The position numbers and the translations under genes were made by a program. Below the pieces are notes generated by a model, which was given only the letters and a program-made list of their open reading frames with translations, had not been told where the DNA came from and ran no database searches. Shown here piece by piece: positions 49,368 through 60,286 of a stretch of 64,000 nt of DNA (its first letter is position 1; each line of letters opens with the position of its first letter). The stretch lies in the NCBI GenBank assembly GCA_900541575.1, contig UQKO01000005.1, forward strand, positions 5,828 to 69,827, in the 5' to 3' direction. Source of the DNA: an uncultured Prevotella sp. GTDB taxonomy: Bacteria > Bacteroidota > Bacteroidia > Bacteroidales > Bacteroidaceae.

Positions 49368-50180
49368 TTAATCGATACGATGTACCATTTCGCGGAATAT
49401 ATCGGCCATCAGAGGCTGAACAGCATTGGCAGCTCGCTGCACTTCTTCGTGGCTTACTTCCACAATCTTTCCTTCCACACCGAGGTCGGTTATAATACTA
49501 ATACCAAAAGTGCGAATGCCACAATGATGAGCCACAATCACTTCTGGTACCGTGGACATACCTACGGCATCAGCTCCCCAAATGTGGTACATACGATACT
49601 CTGCGGGGGTTTCAAACGTGGGGCCTTGAGTGGCAAGATAAACACCCTCAACGGTGCGAATGCCCTTTTCCTTGGCTATGCTACGAGCCATATTGAGTAG
49701 TTCATGATCGTAGGCTTCGTGCATATCTGGGAAACGAGGGCCTGTGGGGAAGTTCGGACCATGGAGCGGATGCTCGGGCATAAAGTTGATGTGGTCGGTG
49801 ATGAGCATAAGGTCGCCAATTTTGAAATTGGGATTCATGCCCCCAGAAGCATTGCTCACAAAGAGCGTCTTGATGCCCAGTTCGTACATCACACGAACAG
49901 GGAATGTTACCTGCTTCATATCATAACCCTCATAATAATGGAAACGGCCTTGAAGTGCCATCACATCTTTATCACCCAAACGACCGAATATTAGCTTACC
50001 ACTATGCCCCTCCACCGTACTTACGGGAAAGTTGGGGATATCTTTATAAGGGAATTCGTCTTCTATTTCAATTTCCTCAGCTAAATGTCCAAGGCCTGTA
50101 CCTAAGATGATTGCGGTGCGAGGACGCATCTGCGTGTGTTCTTTAATCCACGCTGCGGTTTCTTTGATTTGCTCTAACAT
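49368..50180 (-). CDS. punA: Purine nucleoside phosphorylase
   Basis: IILGTGLG, STVEGHSG, GRFHYYEG, GPTFETPAE and GMSTVPE motifs; ATG at 50180. Confidence 0.95.
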   Translation of the reverse strand: MLEQIKETAAWIKEHTQMRPRTAIILGTGLGHLAEEIEIEDEFPYKDIPNFPVSTVEGHSGKLIFGRLGDKDVMALQGRFHYYEGYDMKQVTFPVRVMYELGIKTLFVSNASGGMNPNFKIGDLMLITDHINFMPEHPLHGPNFPTGPRFPDMHEAYDHELLNMARSIAKEKGIRTVEGVYLATQGPTFETPAEYRMYHIWGADAVGMSTVPEVIVAHHCGIRTFGISIITDLGVEGKIVEVSHEEVQRAANAVQPLMADIFREMVHRID

Positions 50181-51246
50181 ATTGTAAGATGGATTGATTA
50201 AATGATATTTCCTGATCGGAGGCCGCCTCAACGCTCACTGTAATGGGCTGAACGAGAAGGTGATCTCTTAATTTTTGCGGAAGCAAATGTCTGATAGTAC
50301 GCAAACGTTCTTCGTCTTTTTGCGTAGTAATAGCCCAAGCATAGTTTCCCTTGACCCAAACTTCTGCTATATGCTGCGCATCAGCGGAAGTATAGTCATG
50401 ATGATCGCGAAACTCAAGGGTGGTCACTTTCAAAGCTCTCTTCTGTAAGAAATATGCCAAGGGGGCAGGATTGGCGATACCTGCGATGAGCAGCACTTGA
50501 TCACAAGGAAAAGGGCCTCTTTGAGACTTGATGGAAGAAGCCTCATCCATAGGAAGAACCTTTCCCTCTGTCCATGCAGATTGCAATGGGCTATAAGTAA
50601 TCCGACTATAATACAATCTTTGCAATGGCAGTACCTCCAATGGCGGATATTCACCAGCCTCACATTTCGTGACCACCACGATTTGTGCCCGTCGAGCTGC
50701 CGAGGGCGATTCACGGAGACGTCCCCATGGCAACAAATGGTCGTGCGTATAAAGTCGATGGGCTTCAGTCAGAAGGATATTGAGTCCCGCACGAATATAC
50801 CGATGCTGATAAGCATCATCGAGCACAATGACATCAATATCGGGAACATCACGCAAGAGGCGTTCCACACCCTCCACGCGTTTCTCGCACACTGCCACCT
50901 GAGCAAAAGGACAATTATGCATCACTTGATAAGGCTCATCCCCCATCTCGGTTGCAAGGGTCTGCGATGTACCCAACACGTAACCTTTCGTATGACGACC
51001 ATAACCTCGAGAGAGCATCGCCACGCGGTAGCCTTGCTTATGAAGCAAGCGGAGGATATACTCCACATGAGGAGTTTTGCCAGTGCCCCCCACGGCAAGG
51101 TTGCCCACACAAATAAGGGGAACATCGAACGAGCGAGACCGTAACCACCCCACACGAAACATCCAACCTCTCACTGCAGTCACCACCCCCCACACCCACG
51201 AGAGCGGAGCTAGCACAAGAACGAATAGAAACTTATTAAGTTTCAT
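50143..51246 (-). CDS. lpxK: Tetraacyldisaccharide 4'-kinase
   Basis: VGNLAVGGTGKTP, SRGYG, GDEP, LDDAYQH and PWGRLRE motifs. Confidence 0.96.
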   Translation of the reverse strand: MKLNKFLFVLVLAPLSWVWGVVTAVRGWMFRVGWLRSRSFDVPLICVGNLAVGGTGKTPHVEYILRLLHKQGYRVAMLSRGYGRHTKGYVLGTSQTLATEMGDEPYQVMHNCPFAQVAVCEKRVEGVERLLRDVPDIDVIVLDDAYQHRYIRAGLNILLTEAHRLYTHDHLLPWGRLRESPSAARRAQIVVVTKCEAGEYPPLEVLPLQRLYYSRITYSPLQSAWTEGKVLPMDEASSIKSQRGPFPCDQVLLIAGIANPAPLAYFLQKRALKVTTLEFRDHHDYTSADAQHIAEVWVKGNYAWAITTQKDEERLRTIRHLLPQKLRDHLLVQPITVSVEAASDQEISFNQSILQYVRANQRNRSVD

Positions 51247-51256
51247 GAATGGAGAC

Positions 51257-53032
51257 TTACTTCAGATTGATCATATAGAAAGGACGCGCTTGCAAGCTAC
51301 TTCGGCCATCTAGGCTACGCAAGGTGCTAACAAACTGTATCGGAGCATAATATTCGCCCAAAGCAGCACGCATCTTTTCCTCCATATAGTCGCGTTTCAC
51401 AGTAGAGTTGAGCAGATTATCCATCCACGAAGCCTTGTCGGGATAGGAAGCAATACTATAAATTTTCAGTTTAGCACGCTTGGCCGCCACTGCAATGGCA
51501 TCATCAAGCGAACCGAGTTTATCTACGAGTTTAATTCCAAGTGCTTGATTGCCCGTCCACACACGACCTTGTGCAATTTTATCTACTTGTTCTATGGTGA
51601 GTTTTCTGCCCGCAGCCACACGCTTTAAGAATAGTTGATAACCACGATTGACATAGCCCTGCATGGCCTCAGCCTCAGCTGCATTGAACGGACGACCTTG
51701 AGCACCAAAGTCGGAAGCTTGATTCGTTTTCACCACATCAAAATGCAAACCAAGCTTTTCGGTGAGCAACCCCGTTGCATCGGGTATCATGCCAAAAATA
51801 CCAATACTTCCCGTCAACGTGGTAGGTTCGGCCACAATATAGTCAGCACCACACGAGAGATAATAACCGCCCGAGGCTGCCATACCGCTCATCGAAACCA
51901 CTACTGGCTTTTTCTTTTTGAGTAATTGCACAGCACGCCACATTTGCTCAGAAGCATAGGCACTACCGCCACCCGAATTGATACGCAAAACAACAGCTTT
52001 TACATCATCGTCATTTGCCAAACGGTCGAGGTCGGCCACTACTTTTGAACCCACAATCTGCGACGTATTACCTATGGCTGAAGCGGTTGCTGCCTGATCC
52101 ACGATATCGCCTTCGGCATAATAAACGGCCACTTCACCATTGCCAGTCTCTGGTTCATAGAGTTTTGCTAGTTCAGAGGGAGTCACAAAGCTAACTTTCT
52201 CTTGTCCGCTAAGACGACGAAGCGCATCACGCACGCCATCTGCATAAGTCAGCGTATCAGCTAGGTGATTCTTTATATAGCTCTCTTGACTAGCAAGCAT
52301 TGAATAGTTATCAGCCAAGTGGTTGAGTTTATCCACACTGATGCGGCGTGATTGAGCTACCTCCTTACACACATTATTCCAAATATCGCCAATATAAGCC
52401 TTCACTTGCAAACGATTGGGTTCGCTCATCTGCGTAAGGATAAAGGGCTCTACAGCGCTCTTAAATGTGCCGACCTTGAACACTTGCATCTTCACTCCGA
52501 CCTTCTTCAGCAGATCTGTAAAAAAGATGGGTTGAGCAGCAATACCATGCCAATCAATCATGCCGTCAGGGTTCGCCATCACCTTGTCGGCTACAGAAGC
52601 TAAATAATAAGAACCTTGTGTATACATGTCGGCATAGGCCACGATAAACTTGCCACTTTTCTTAAAGTCCACAAGTTGTCGACGCAGTTCTTGTAATGTG
52701 GCATAATCAGCGGAAAGCACACCTCCCTCAAGATATATACCACGAATAGCAGGGTTTGTCTTTGCTTCTTTAATGGCAGTCATGAGATCATCAAGACCTT
52801 GTTCCTGCACATTATCATTGCCCAAAATTGAGGCGAAAGGATTCTCAGCAGCTCGTTCTTTCACTGTTCCGCTGAGCGAAATTCGCAACACACTTCCATC
52901 CTTCACGGAAGGCTTTCCACTATCGGCTAGCATGATGCTAAACACCATGAGCATACTCAGCAACGTTGCGAATATACCCGTAAGGATAATGCCCGCCACA
53001 GTAGCAAGCACGTACTTTAAGAATTGTTTCAT
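51257..53032 (-). CDS. sppA: Signal peptide peptidase SppA (long form)
   Basis: RINSGGGS, AASGGYY, TGSIG and AQGRVWTG motifs. Confidence 0.96.
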   Translation of the reverse strand: MKQFLKYVLATVAGIILTGIFATLLSMLMVFSIMLADSGKPSVKDGSVLRISLSGTVKERAAENPFASILGNDNVQEQGLDDLMTAIKEAKTNPAIRGIYLEGGVLSADYATLQELRRQLVDFKKSGKFIVAYADMYTQGSYYLASVADKVMANPDGMIDWHGIAAQPIFFTDLLKKVGVKMQVFKVGTFKSAVEPFILTQMSEPNRLQVKAYIGDIWNNVCKEVAQSRRISVDKLNHLADNYSMLASQESYIKNHLADTLTYADGVRDALRRLSGQEKVSFVTPSELAKLYEPETGNGEVAVYYAEGDIVDQAATASAIGNTSQIVGSKVVADLDRLANDDDVKAVVLRINSGGGSAYASEQMWRAVQLLKKKKPVVVSMSGMAASGGYYLSCGADYIVAEPTTLTGSIGIFGMIPDATGLLTEKLGLHFDVVKTNQASDFGAQGRPFNAAEAEAMQGYVNRGYQLFLKRVAAGRKLTIEQVDKIAQGRVWTGNQALGIKLVDKLGSLDDAIAVAAKRAKLKIYSIASYPDKASWMDNLLNSTVKRDYMEEKMRAALGEYYAPIQFVSTLRSLDGRSSLQARPFYMINLK

Positions 53033-53155
53033 AAGTGATACTTTTATATAGAAAAATCACATCTGAGCACAGCACTTATCCGCCCCACACAGGAGGTGGA
53101 TAGGTTTATCCATGTCATATGCTTTATTCTAAATTCTTTTATATCATACAGAGAC

Positions 53156-53911
53156 TCACCATTCAATGTCTACCTCTACAGGACAATGATCCGACCCCAT
53201 TACTTCGCTATGAATCATAGCCGATTGAAGGTGCGACTGTAAACGATTGCTCACCAAAAAATAATCAATGCGCCAACCTGCATTTTTCTCACGTGCACGA
53301 AATCGATAAGACCACCATGAGTAGGCACCCTCGAGTGTTGGATTAAAAAAACGAAACGTATCAGTAAATCCAGCATTAAGGAGTTCCGTAAACTTAGCCC
53401 TTTCTTCATCTGTAAAACCAGCATTCTTACGATTCGTCCTAGGATTCTTTAGGTCTATTTCCTCATGAGCCACATTCATATCTCCACACACGACGACGGG
53501 TTTTCTTTGATCTAGCTCTTGCAAGTAGCGACGGAAAGCATCATCCCACGTCATACGATAGTCGAGTCTGCGTAATCCATCTTGCGAATTTGGAGTATAA
53601 ACAGTTACGAGATAAAAGTTCTCCATCTCAAGCGTAATCACACGTCCCTCATGGTCATGCTCATCAATACCAAGCCCACAGACCACATTAAGTGGTTCGT
53701 GACGCGTAAACACGGCCGTACCAGAATAGCCCTTCTTTTCGGCCGAGTTCCAATAAGAGCGATAGCCCTCAAACTCCATGTCAAGCTGATGCGGCTGCAT
53801 CTTGGTTTCTTGCAGACAAAAGAAATCTGCATCGAGCTTAGCAAAGCTCTCGCGAAATCCCTTACCATCACAAGCCCGTAGGCCGTTAACATTCCACGAT
53901 ATAAACTTCAT
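53156..53911 (-). CDS. xth: Exodeoxyribonuclease III
   Basis: SWNVNG, LQETK, GDMNVAH, GWRIDY and SDHCP motifs. Confidence 0.96.
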   Translation of the reverse strand: MKFISWNVNGLRACDGKGFRESFAKLDADFFCLQETKMQPHQLDMEFEGYRSYWNSAEKKGYSGTAVFTRHEPLNVVCGLGIDEHDHEGRVITLEMENFYLVTVYTPNSQDGLRRLDYRMTWDDAFRRYLQELDQRKPVVVCGDMNVAHEEIDLKNPRTNRKNAGFTDEERAKFTELLNAGFTDTFRFFNPTLEGAYSWWSYRFRAREKNAGWRIDYFLVSNRLQSHLQSAMIHSEVMGSDHCPVEVDIEW

Positions 53912-54460
53912 ATCTATATTTTCATTTCAGCAAGAACAATATGCTCTTCACTGCGAAGATAATAACAATTATTCATACCTCTGCAATCCGCACCACTTTT
54001 TTCTTTCATCAACTCACACATTTCAGTTCACGCACATACGTAGAACAAATTCTTTCATAAGTCCCCTATTTCCATCACGATAATAGTATATAAACTGATT
54101 ATCATCACCTTACACAATACACACATCTTATTTGCCCACATCCTTCCATCCATTTACCACCAGTCTATCTCCCCATTACCCTTCATCGACGATAGGCTGT
54201 CTCTTTTTCTCACATCATCCATTCTTCAGACTTTTTGCTAAGAAAATGTGAAGGTCGTCATTTTGCAAGTTCCCCCACTCTGTTTTTTAGGGAAACGCAT
54301 ACATTCTAAACATACTTAGCGACTATTTATTCAGATGATGGAATTTTCACAATATGGAAAGCGTATTTTGATGGTAAACTATCCACTGACAACATCACTC
54401 GTCCAACTCTTCTCCATGTTCTATGTTCAAAAAATATTTTTATAAAAAACAAACGAAAAG

Positions 54461-54492
54461 TTTGGCAGATATTACAAAAAATCGTACTTTTG
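54461..54492 (+). promoter_or_regulatory. Sigma-A promoter of the tRNA-Gln pair
   Basis: TTTG-N20-TACTTTTG. Confidence 0.75.
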
Positions 54493-54532
54493 CACCCGTA
54501 TTTAAGGAGAGCATCCTTAAAATACACCCGAT

Positions 54533-54603
54533 TGGGGTATGGTGTAATGGTAACACTGCAGATTCTGGTCCTGCCTTTCCTGGTTCGAGTCCGGGTACCC
54601 CAA
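54533..54603 (+). tRNA. tRNA-Gln (CTG)
   Basis: Acceptor stem TGGGGTA/TACCCCA, anticodon loop TTCTGGT, T-loop GGTTCGAGTCC. Confidence 0.96.
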
Positions 54604-54652
54604 CAAAGACAACTTTTCAATGCTATAAAATTCCAATATAGCACATAATGAT

Positions 54653-54723
54653 TGGGGTATGGTGTAATGGTAACACTGCAGATTCTGGTCCTGCCTTTCC
54701 TGGTTCGAGTCCGGGTACCCCAA
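54653..54723 (+). tRNA. tRNA-Gln (CTG), identical second copy
   Basis: Identical to 54533-54603. Confidence 0.96.
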
Positions 54724-54731
54724 CAAATATC

Positions 54732-54771
54732 AAGCAATCGATTCCATGGATCGATTGCTTTTTTCTTTTTT
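54732..54771 (+). terminator. Intrinsic terminator after the tRNAs
   Basis: AAGCAATCGAT...ATCGATTGCTT followed by a T tract. Confidence 0.85.
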
Positions 54772-55074
54772 AGTCAGCGAATTTTGGGATTGGTATTACA
54801 ACACATTACGGCCGCCACACCTTCATCTGCAATACATTAATGATCTGCAATGCACTAATGATGTACATTTCCCCTAGCATCGTAATGAAAAGGACCAGAC
54901 ATTCCGACTACAAGTCCATGCAGTCCTACATAGACATTGCCGATTCAGCGAAAAGAAGCGCAATGACATTCTTTAACAAGCAATAAAAAGGGATGAATCT
55001 ATAAAAGTGTCGCGCAAAGTGTCGCGCATTACTTTTGAAAATATTGATAATCAGGACAAATATACTATCAATTG

Positions 55075-55162
55075 CGGAAAGGATAGGATTCGAACCTACG
55101 AAACCCTTTAGGGGTTTACACGCTTTCCAGGCGTGCCTCTTCAACCACTCGAGCACCTTTCC
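55075..55162 (-). tRNA. tRNA-Ser (GGA)
   Basis: GGAAAGG acceptor, CACGC-CTGGAAA-GCGTG anticodon arm, long variable arm, GGTTCGAATCC. Confidence 0.96.
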
Positions 55163-55201
55163 TTGTTAACTGGATCTTTACTTCTCACAGAAGAACGAAT
55201 G

Positions 55202-55232
55202 CAAAGATAAAGAGAAGTTTCGTAAGAGCAAA
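55202..55232 (-). promoter_or_regulatory. Sigma-A promoter of tRNA-Ser
   Basis: TTTG-N19-TATCTTTG on the minus strand. Confidence 0.7.
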
Positions 55233-55529
55233 GAAATGCATAGAGTATTTTACACAGAGCCTTAGATTCTAGTCGGTTAAAATCGCAAGGCTCTGTGTTG
55301 GATAAGGACCATTGATTCTGAAAATATAAGGAGGCTTATTCTAATATGCGATTTACATACTCTTGAAAGCATCTTTTTGGATAGTAAATTCTGTCACATA
55401 GCCCACGATACTCACAACCATATCCATCCTCCCCGTTTCCTTGGGAGAGCAACATTTACCATCAGATTACACTTTCCATATTGTACAAATCCCATCATCA
55501 GAATGAATAAGTTCACCCTATAATTAGAT

Positions 55530-57269
55530 TTATTTCAACAGAAGTTCATCCTTTTTGCGAGCGGCGTCCACCCACTCTTCAGGAATAAACTTCCACGTGT
55601 ATTGTGGCCTAGGATTGATAGTTCCTTGGCGTTCTATACCCATTATTAAATAGTAGCGTAAGTCTTTCTCTGTGCTCCACACAATACGACCCGGAAGGTC
55701 GTTAATGCTGATACCTGCTCCTTTTGTAAGGAGATCTCCTCCACCATTTCCGCGATAGGAGCTAAGAGCACAACGATAGGTATGATTAAAATCGAAAGGA
55801 GTGCCATCAGCCATATGCGTAATATTTACCCTCTGACCAACAGGTTTTGTCACATCTACTGTATAACAAATGCCCATAGCGGAATCAAAATTATAACATG
55901 GATTTTGTAGACGTTGCCAGGGATTGCTCAACGTTTCTGCATCTGAGCGGAAAAGCAGCAGATGGTCGGAGGCCGAATGCATTTGATTAACCCAAAGCGA
56001 ATAAGAATACTCCAAATAGTCTTTCACCTCGCGACCAGTAAGTTTCACAACGTAGAGTTGATTTTCATAACGATATAAATTAAACATATCGCTCACACGC
56101 ACTTCACCTTGCGGCACTTTAGCATCGAGCGCTAGCGGAGCAGCAAAGGAAATGTCGGCTCCCGAGATAGAAAGCTGCATCTGGTGGATGAAATCAATAA
56201 AAGCCGACGAACCAAACAGTGCGGGTATGCTCTGCATTGCATGCTGATTATAACCTATTACCTTAGAAGTAAAAGCCTTTATTCTTTCATATTGAACAGA
56301 GAAATGGTGTATAAAGGAAGTGTCGGGAGCAATATTATTAATATCCACAATGCTACCGATGGTATGCTTCTTTACCACTTTTCTTCCCTTAAATGTTACC
56401 ACAATATTGGCTTTCGCCACTGCCTCGGCTTGTGCGGCAGGATTGAGCACCCATACAGTATCTCCCACTGTATTGACCACTTGTTGACAAGCCCGACGAT
56501 GATCATGACCACAGAATACAACATCGAATCCTGGCACCTCTCGAGCCACCGCCAAAGCGCCATCTTCACAACCTTCGGCATAGGCATCGGGATTGCCCAC
56601 ACCTGAATGGAACAAGCCCACTACAACATCGGCTTTACGCTGCATCTCGGGCATATATTTCCGAGCGGTAGCCATGAGATCGATAAATTTTAGTCCTGTC
56701 CATAGATTACGAGGCAACCATTTAGGAATACATGGTGTAATCATACCTAGCACTGCTATTTTTACTCCTTGACGCTCTATAATTGTATAGGGTTTCCAAT
56801 ATGGCTGATTATCAGAAGCACTAATTACGTTGGCACCTAACATAGGGAAATTGCATTGCTTAACCCAACGATCGTATACGGAATGACCTGTCTCCACATC
56901 ATGATTACCCACAGTAGCAGCATCATACTTCATATAGTTGAGTACATCGGCCGTAAGATGAGTGCTAATAGTGTCTATGTAATTATAATAATAAGCGGAA
57001 GGCTGTCCTTGAAGGATATCTCCATTATCGAGTAAGACGATACCCTTACCTCGTTCGCGACGTCCATGGCGCAATTGTTTCATATAGGCACTAATGCGAG
57101 CCATACTTCCGTGACCAAGACGATTGTTGATAAAATCATAAGGAAAATAATTTCCATGCACATCAGACGTCTCCACTAGCACCAGTTTTACCTTGCGCGT
57201 CTGAGCTTGTAGACCAATTACACAGAGAAAACTGAGGAGAAATAGCCAAAGTATTCTTTTTTTCTTCAT
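55530..57269 (-). CDS. 2',3'-cyclic-nucleotide 2'-phosphodiesterase / 5'-nucleotidase family protein
   Basis: TSDVHG, DNGD..QG, GNHD, HSG, GHDH, YENQL and YNFDS motifs. Confidence 0.92.
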   Translation of the reverse strand: MKKKRILWLFLLSFLCVIGLQAQTRKVKLVLVETSDVHGNYFPYDFINNRLGHGSMARISAYMKQLRHGRRERGKGIVLLDNGDILQGQPSAYYYNYIDTISTHLTADVLNYMKYDAATVGNHDVETGHSVYDRWVKQCNFPMLGANVISASDNQPYWKPYTIIERQGVKIAVLGMITPCIPKWLPRNLWTGLKFIDLMATARKYMPEMQRKADVVVGLFHSGVGNPDAYAEGCEDGALAVAREVPGFDVVFCGHDHRRACQQVVNTVGDTVWVLNPAAQAEAVAKANIVVTFKGRKVVKKHTIGSIVDINNIAPDTSFIHHFSVQYERIKAFTSKVIGYNQHAMQSIPALFGSSAFIDFIHQMQLSISGADISFAAPLALDAKVPQGEVRVSDMFNLYRYENQLYVVKLTGREVKDYLEYSYSLWVNQMHSASDHLLLFRSDAETLSNPWQRLQNPCYNFDSAMGICYTVDVTKPVGQRVNITHMADGTPFDFNHTYRCALSSYRGNGGGDLLTKGAGISINDLPGRIVWSTEKDLRYYLIMGIERQGTINPRPQYTWKFIPEEWVDAARKKDELLLK

Positions 57270-57282
57270 ACGTAGATAAGGT

Positions 57283-57774
57283 TTACTTACGTCGATAGTT
57301 TACGAATCGATAGGCTTGAAGATTTTTCTCATCGGGTTCATGGGCTTCTTCACACTCTACAACCCATTGTGATTCATCAAAGGAAGGGAAAAAGGTATCG
57401 GCCTCGTCGGGGATAGCCTCTATGTGGGTCAGACACAGACGCTGAGCTAAGGGCAGTGCGGCGGCATACACACTTTCGCCTCCAATTACGTATACCTCAT
57501 CGTCAGTCTGACAAGCTTGCAGCGCATCCTCAAAACTATGAAACACTTCTATACCAGGAGCTAGAAAGTCCGCTTGGCGAGTAATGACCACATTCCGGCG
57601 ATTGGGCAATGCACCCTTAGGCAGCGATTCAAATGTCTTTCGTCCCATAATGATTGTATGACCGGTGGTAAGATTCTTAAAGTGTTTCAAGTCGGCAGGC
57701 AGATAGTAGAGTAATCCGCCCTTATTTCCTATGGCTCGATTAGTCGTAAGCGCACAAATGATAGAAAGCATCAT
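57283..57774 (-). CDS. folA: Dihydrofolate reductase
   Basis: AIG, DLKHFK, IMGRKTFES, LPNRRNVV, IGG and DTFFP motifs. Confidence 0.96.
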   Translation of the reverse strand: MMLSIICALTTNRAIGNKGGLLYYLPADLKHFKNLTTGHTIIMGRKTFESLPKGALPNRRNVVITRQADFLAPGIEVFHSFEDALQACQTDDEVYVIGGESVYAAALPLAQRLCLTHIEAIPDEADTFFPSFDESQWVVECEEAHEPDEKNLQAYRFVNYRRK

Positions 57775-57880
57775 ATTGGGAGTTTTTAAAAAAATAGACA
57801 AAATTATTGTAGATTCAAGTGCAAAGGTAGTGCTTATCAACCGATATTGTTGTAAATTTGCCTTGAAATTCCTATAACAA

Positions 57881-58675
57881 ATGAAACAATACCTCAACTT
57901 GCTGCAACGCATACTCGATGAGGGCGTGGTAAAAGGCGACCGCACGGGCACGGGCACGAAGAGTATCTTCGGCCATCAAATGCGCTTCAACTTGGAGGAG
58001 GGGTTTCCCTTGATAACCACCAAGAAGCTCCACCTCAAGTCTATCATACACGAACTGCTATGGTTTCTCAATGGCGACACCAACGTGCACTACCTTCAAG
58101 AGAATGGTGTGCGCATTTGGAATGAGTGGGCCAACGAGGATGGCGATCTCGGACACATTTACGGCTATCAATGGCGCTCTTGGCCCGACTATAATGGTGG
58201 GCACATCGACCAAATCAAGGAGGTTGTGCGACAGTTGGAAGAAGATCCTAACTCGCGCCGCATCATCGTTTCGGCTTGGAATGTGGCCGACCTTGACAAA
58301 ATGAACCTTCCGCCTTGCCACTTATTATTCCAATTCTACGTAGCAAATGGCCGGCTCTCACTACAACTTTATCAACGTTCGGCCGACACTTTTCTAGGTG
58401 TTCCATTCAACATCGCGAGCTATGCCTTACTACTGCAGATGATGGCACAGGTAACGGGACTCAAGGCGGGCGACTTTGTACATACTACGGGAGATACGCA
58501 CCTTTATCTCGACCACCTAGAGCAAGCTCGCCTACAACTCACACGTGAGCCACGCCCACTTCCTCGCATGATTATCAATCCTGAAGTGAAGAGCATTTTC
58601 GACTTTAAGTACGATGACTTCCAGCTCGAAGGCTACAATCCATGGCCGCATATTGCCGCGAAAGTGTCAGTATAA
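57881..58675 (+). CDS. thyA: Thymidylate synthase
   Basis: DRTGTGT, LPPCH and QRSAD..LGVPFN motifs. Confidence 0.98.
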   Translation: MKQYLNLLQRILDEGVVKGDRTGTGTKSIFGHQMRFNLEEGFPLITTKKLHLKSIIHELLWFLNGDTNVHYLQENGVRIWNEWANEDGDLGHIYGYQWRSWPDYNGGHIDQIKEVVRQLEEDPNSRRIIVSAWNVADLDKMNLPPCHLLFQFYVANGRLSLQLYQRSADTFLGVPFNIASYALLLQMMAQVTGLKAGDFVHTTGDTHLYLDHLEQARLQLTREPRPLPRMIINPEVKSIFDFKYDDFQLEGYNPWPHIAAKVSV

Positions 58676-58843
58676 ACTCCAAGGATATTCTGCATTCAAA
58701 GCCTTCAACTTCTTACATTCAAAGAATCAGGCACTCCTTACTACGAAATTTGAGGTTCTAATGTAAATGAGGATACACAGATTCAACGAATCGCAACATT
58801 TCCTACGCCACTTTTTATTGCCCACTATCCAAACTCTTCATTC

Positions 58844-60220
58844 ATGCCGCTGCCACAAGCATTTTGCAACGAGATTACTCAACTTCTTGGTCTAGACGAG
58901 GGCAACCGCCTTCTCAATGCACTGACACAGACTTCTCCTTCAGTGAGTGTACGTCTCAACCCTAGCAAAAAGGGAACTGCGCCCGCTGAGGTAGCATCTT
59001 CCGTGCCTTGGTGTGAAGAAGGGGAATATCTAAAGGAGCGGCCATCGTTTACCTACGATCCATTGTTTCATGCGGGATGTTACTACGTGCAAGAAGCTGC
59101 TTCCATGTTTGTAGAACAAGCCTTTCACCAGATTGAACGCGACTTTCACCCTCACCGAATGCTCGACCTATGCGCAGCACCAGGTGGAAAAAGCACGCTT
59201 TGGCGCAGCTTGCTTTCCAATGGAGATTTACTCGTGGCAAACGAGCCTATACGACAACGCGCCCAAATTCTTGCCGAGAATCTTACAAAGTGGGGACATC
59301 CCGATGTGGTATGCACCTCTTCCTTTCCGGAGGAGTTTGTACCACTCACAGGATTTTTCGACGTTATTGCCGCCGATGTTCCATGTTCAGGCGAAGGAAT
59401 GTTTCGCAAGGACGAAGGTGCCATTAAGGAATGGTCGGTCGAGGCTGTAGAAACTTGCACTGCTCGTCAGTGGCAAATTATCGAAAGCATATGGCCCACC
59501 TTACGTCAAGGAGGCTATTTGGTATATAGTACATGCACATACAATCGGCTAGAAAATGAAGACATGGTCGGCCGTATATGTCAAGAGCTTGGTGCAGAAG
59601 TGGTGGAAATTCCCATCCAACCCGAATGGAACATTGCGGGCGACAACACGGGGAGAAACATACCCGTATACCATTTTTATCCGCATCGCACAAAGGGAGA
59701 AGGCCTATTTCTTGCTCTACTCCGTAAGACTTCGGAAGCGCCTACGATCAAAGAAAAGAAAAACAAAAAGCGTCGCAGCCAACCCGCTAGTACACCAATC
59801 AAGGACGGCGCAAAAGTAGCTAAGTGGATTCAAGAGAGCGATACATTCAAACTTCTCCGTCCTGACGATAGCCACATCATAGCCGTACGCCAATCCTTAG
59901 CCGACGATATTCTGAGAATCACCTCTACCGTACGAACGCTCACTGCTGGTGTACTTCTCGTGGAGGAAAAGGGAAATAAGCTTATTCCGCAGCATGCACT
60001 AGCCCTTTCTAATTTATGCGCTAAATCAGCTTTTCCTCGCACAGAACTTTCGCTTGAAGAAGCTCTCTCCTACCTCCGTCGAGAATCACTTATTCTCAAT
60101 CCGGAAATACCTCGTGGCTATGTCTTAGCTTGCTATCATGGCCATCCACTAGGATTTCTCAACAATCTAGGTTCTCGCGCCAACAACCTCTACCCGCAGG
60201 AATGGCGCATCCGTAACTAA
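58844..60220 (+). CDS. RsmB/RsmF (NOL1/NOP2) rRNA m5C methyltransferase
   Basis: YVQEAAS, DLCAAPGGKS, DVPCSGEG, YSTCT and YPQEWR motifs. Confidence 0.92.
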   Translation: MPLPQAFCNEITQLLGLDEGNRLLNALTQTSPSVSVRLNPSKKGTAPAEVASSVPWCEEGEYLKERPSFTYDPLFHAGCYYVQEAASMFVEQAFHQIERDFHPHRMLDLCAAPGGKSTLWRSLLSNGDLLVANEPIRQRAQILAENLTKWGHPDVVCTSSFPEEFVPLTGFFDVIAADVPCSGEGMFRKDEGAIKEWSVEAVETCTARQWQIIESIWPTLRQGGYLVYSTCTYNRLENEDMVGRICQELGAEVVEIPIQPEWNIAGDNTGRNIPVYHFYPHRTKGEGLFLALLRKTSEAPTIKEKKNKKRRSQPASTPIKDGAKVAKWIQESDTFKLLRPDDSHIIAVRQSLADDILRITSTVRTLTAGVLLVEEKGNKLIPQHALALSNLCAKSAFPRTELSLEEALSYLRRESLILNPEIPRGYVLACYHGHPLGFLNNLGSRANNLYPQEWRIRN

Positions 60221-60286
60221 AGGATTTCTCTTCCTCAATATTCTCTACTACAACATCTTCACCAACTTGCTAAAAGTCTTTGTTAC

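Noticed and set aside
50143..50180. lpxK/punA 38-bp overlap as a frameshift signal
   Set aside because: Both proteins are complete; ordinary operon overlap
54533..54723. tRNA duplication as prophage attL/attR
   Set aside because: Both copies are full length, 49 bp apart, under one promoter and one terminator
54327..55156. ORFs with repeated peptides (e.g. WGTRTRTRKGRTR)
   Set aside because: They are translations across the tRNA genes
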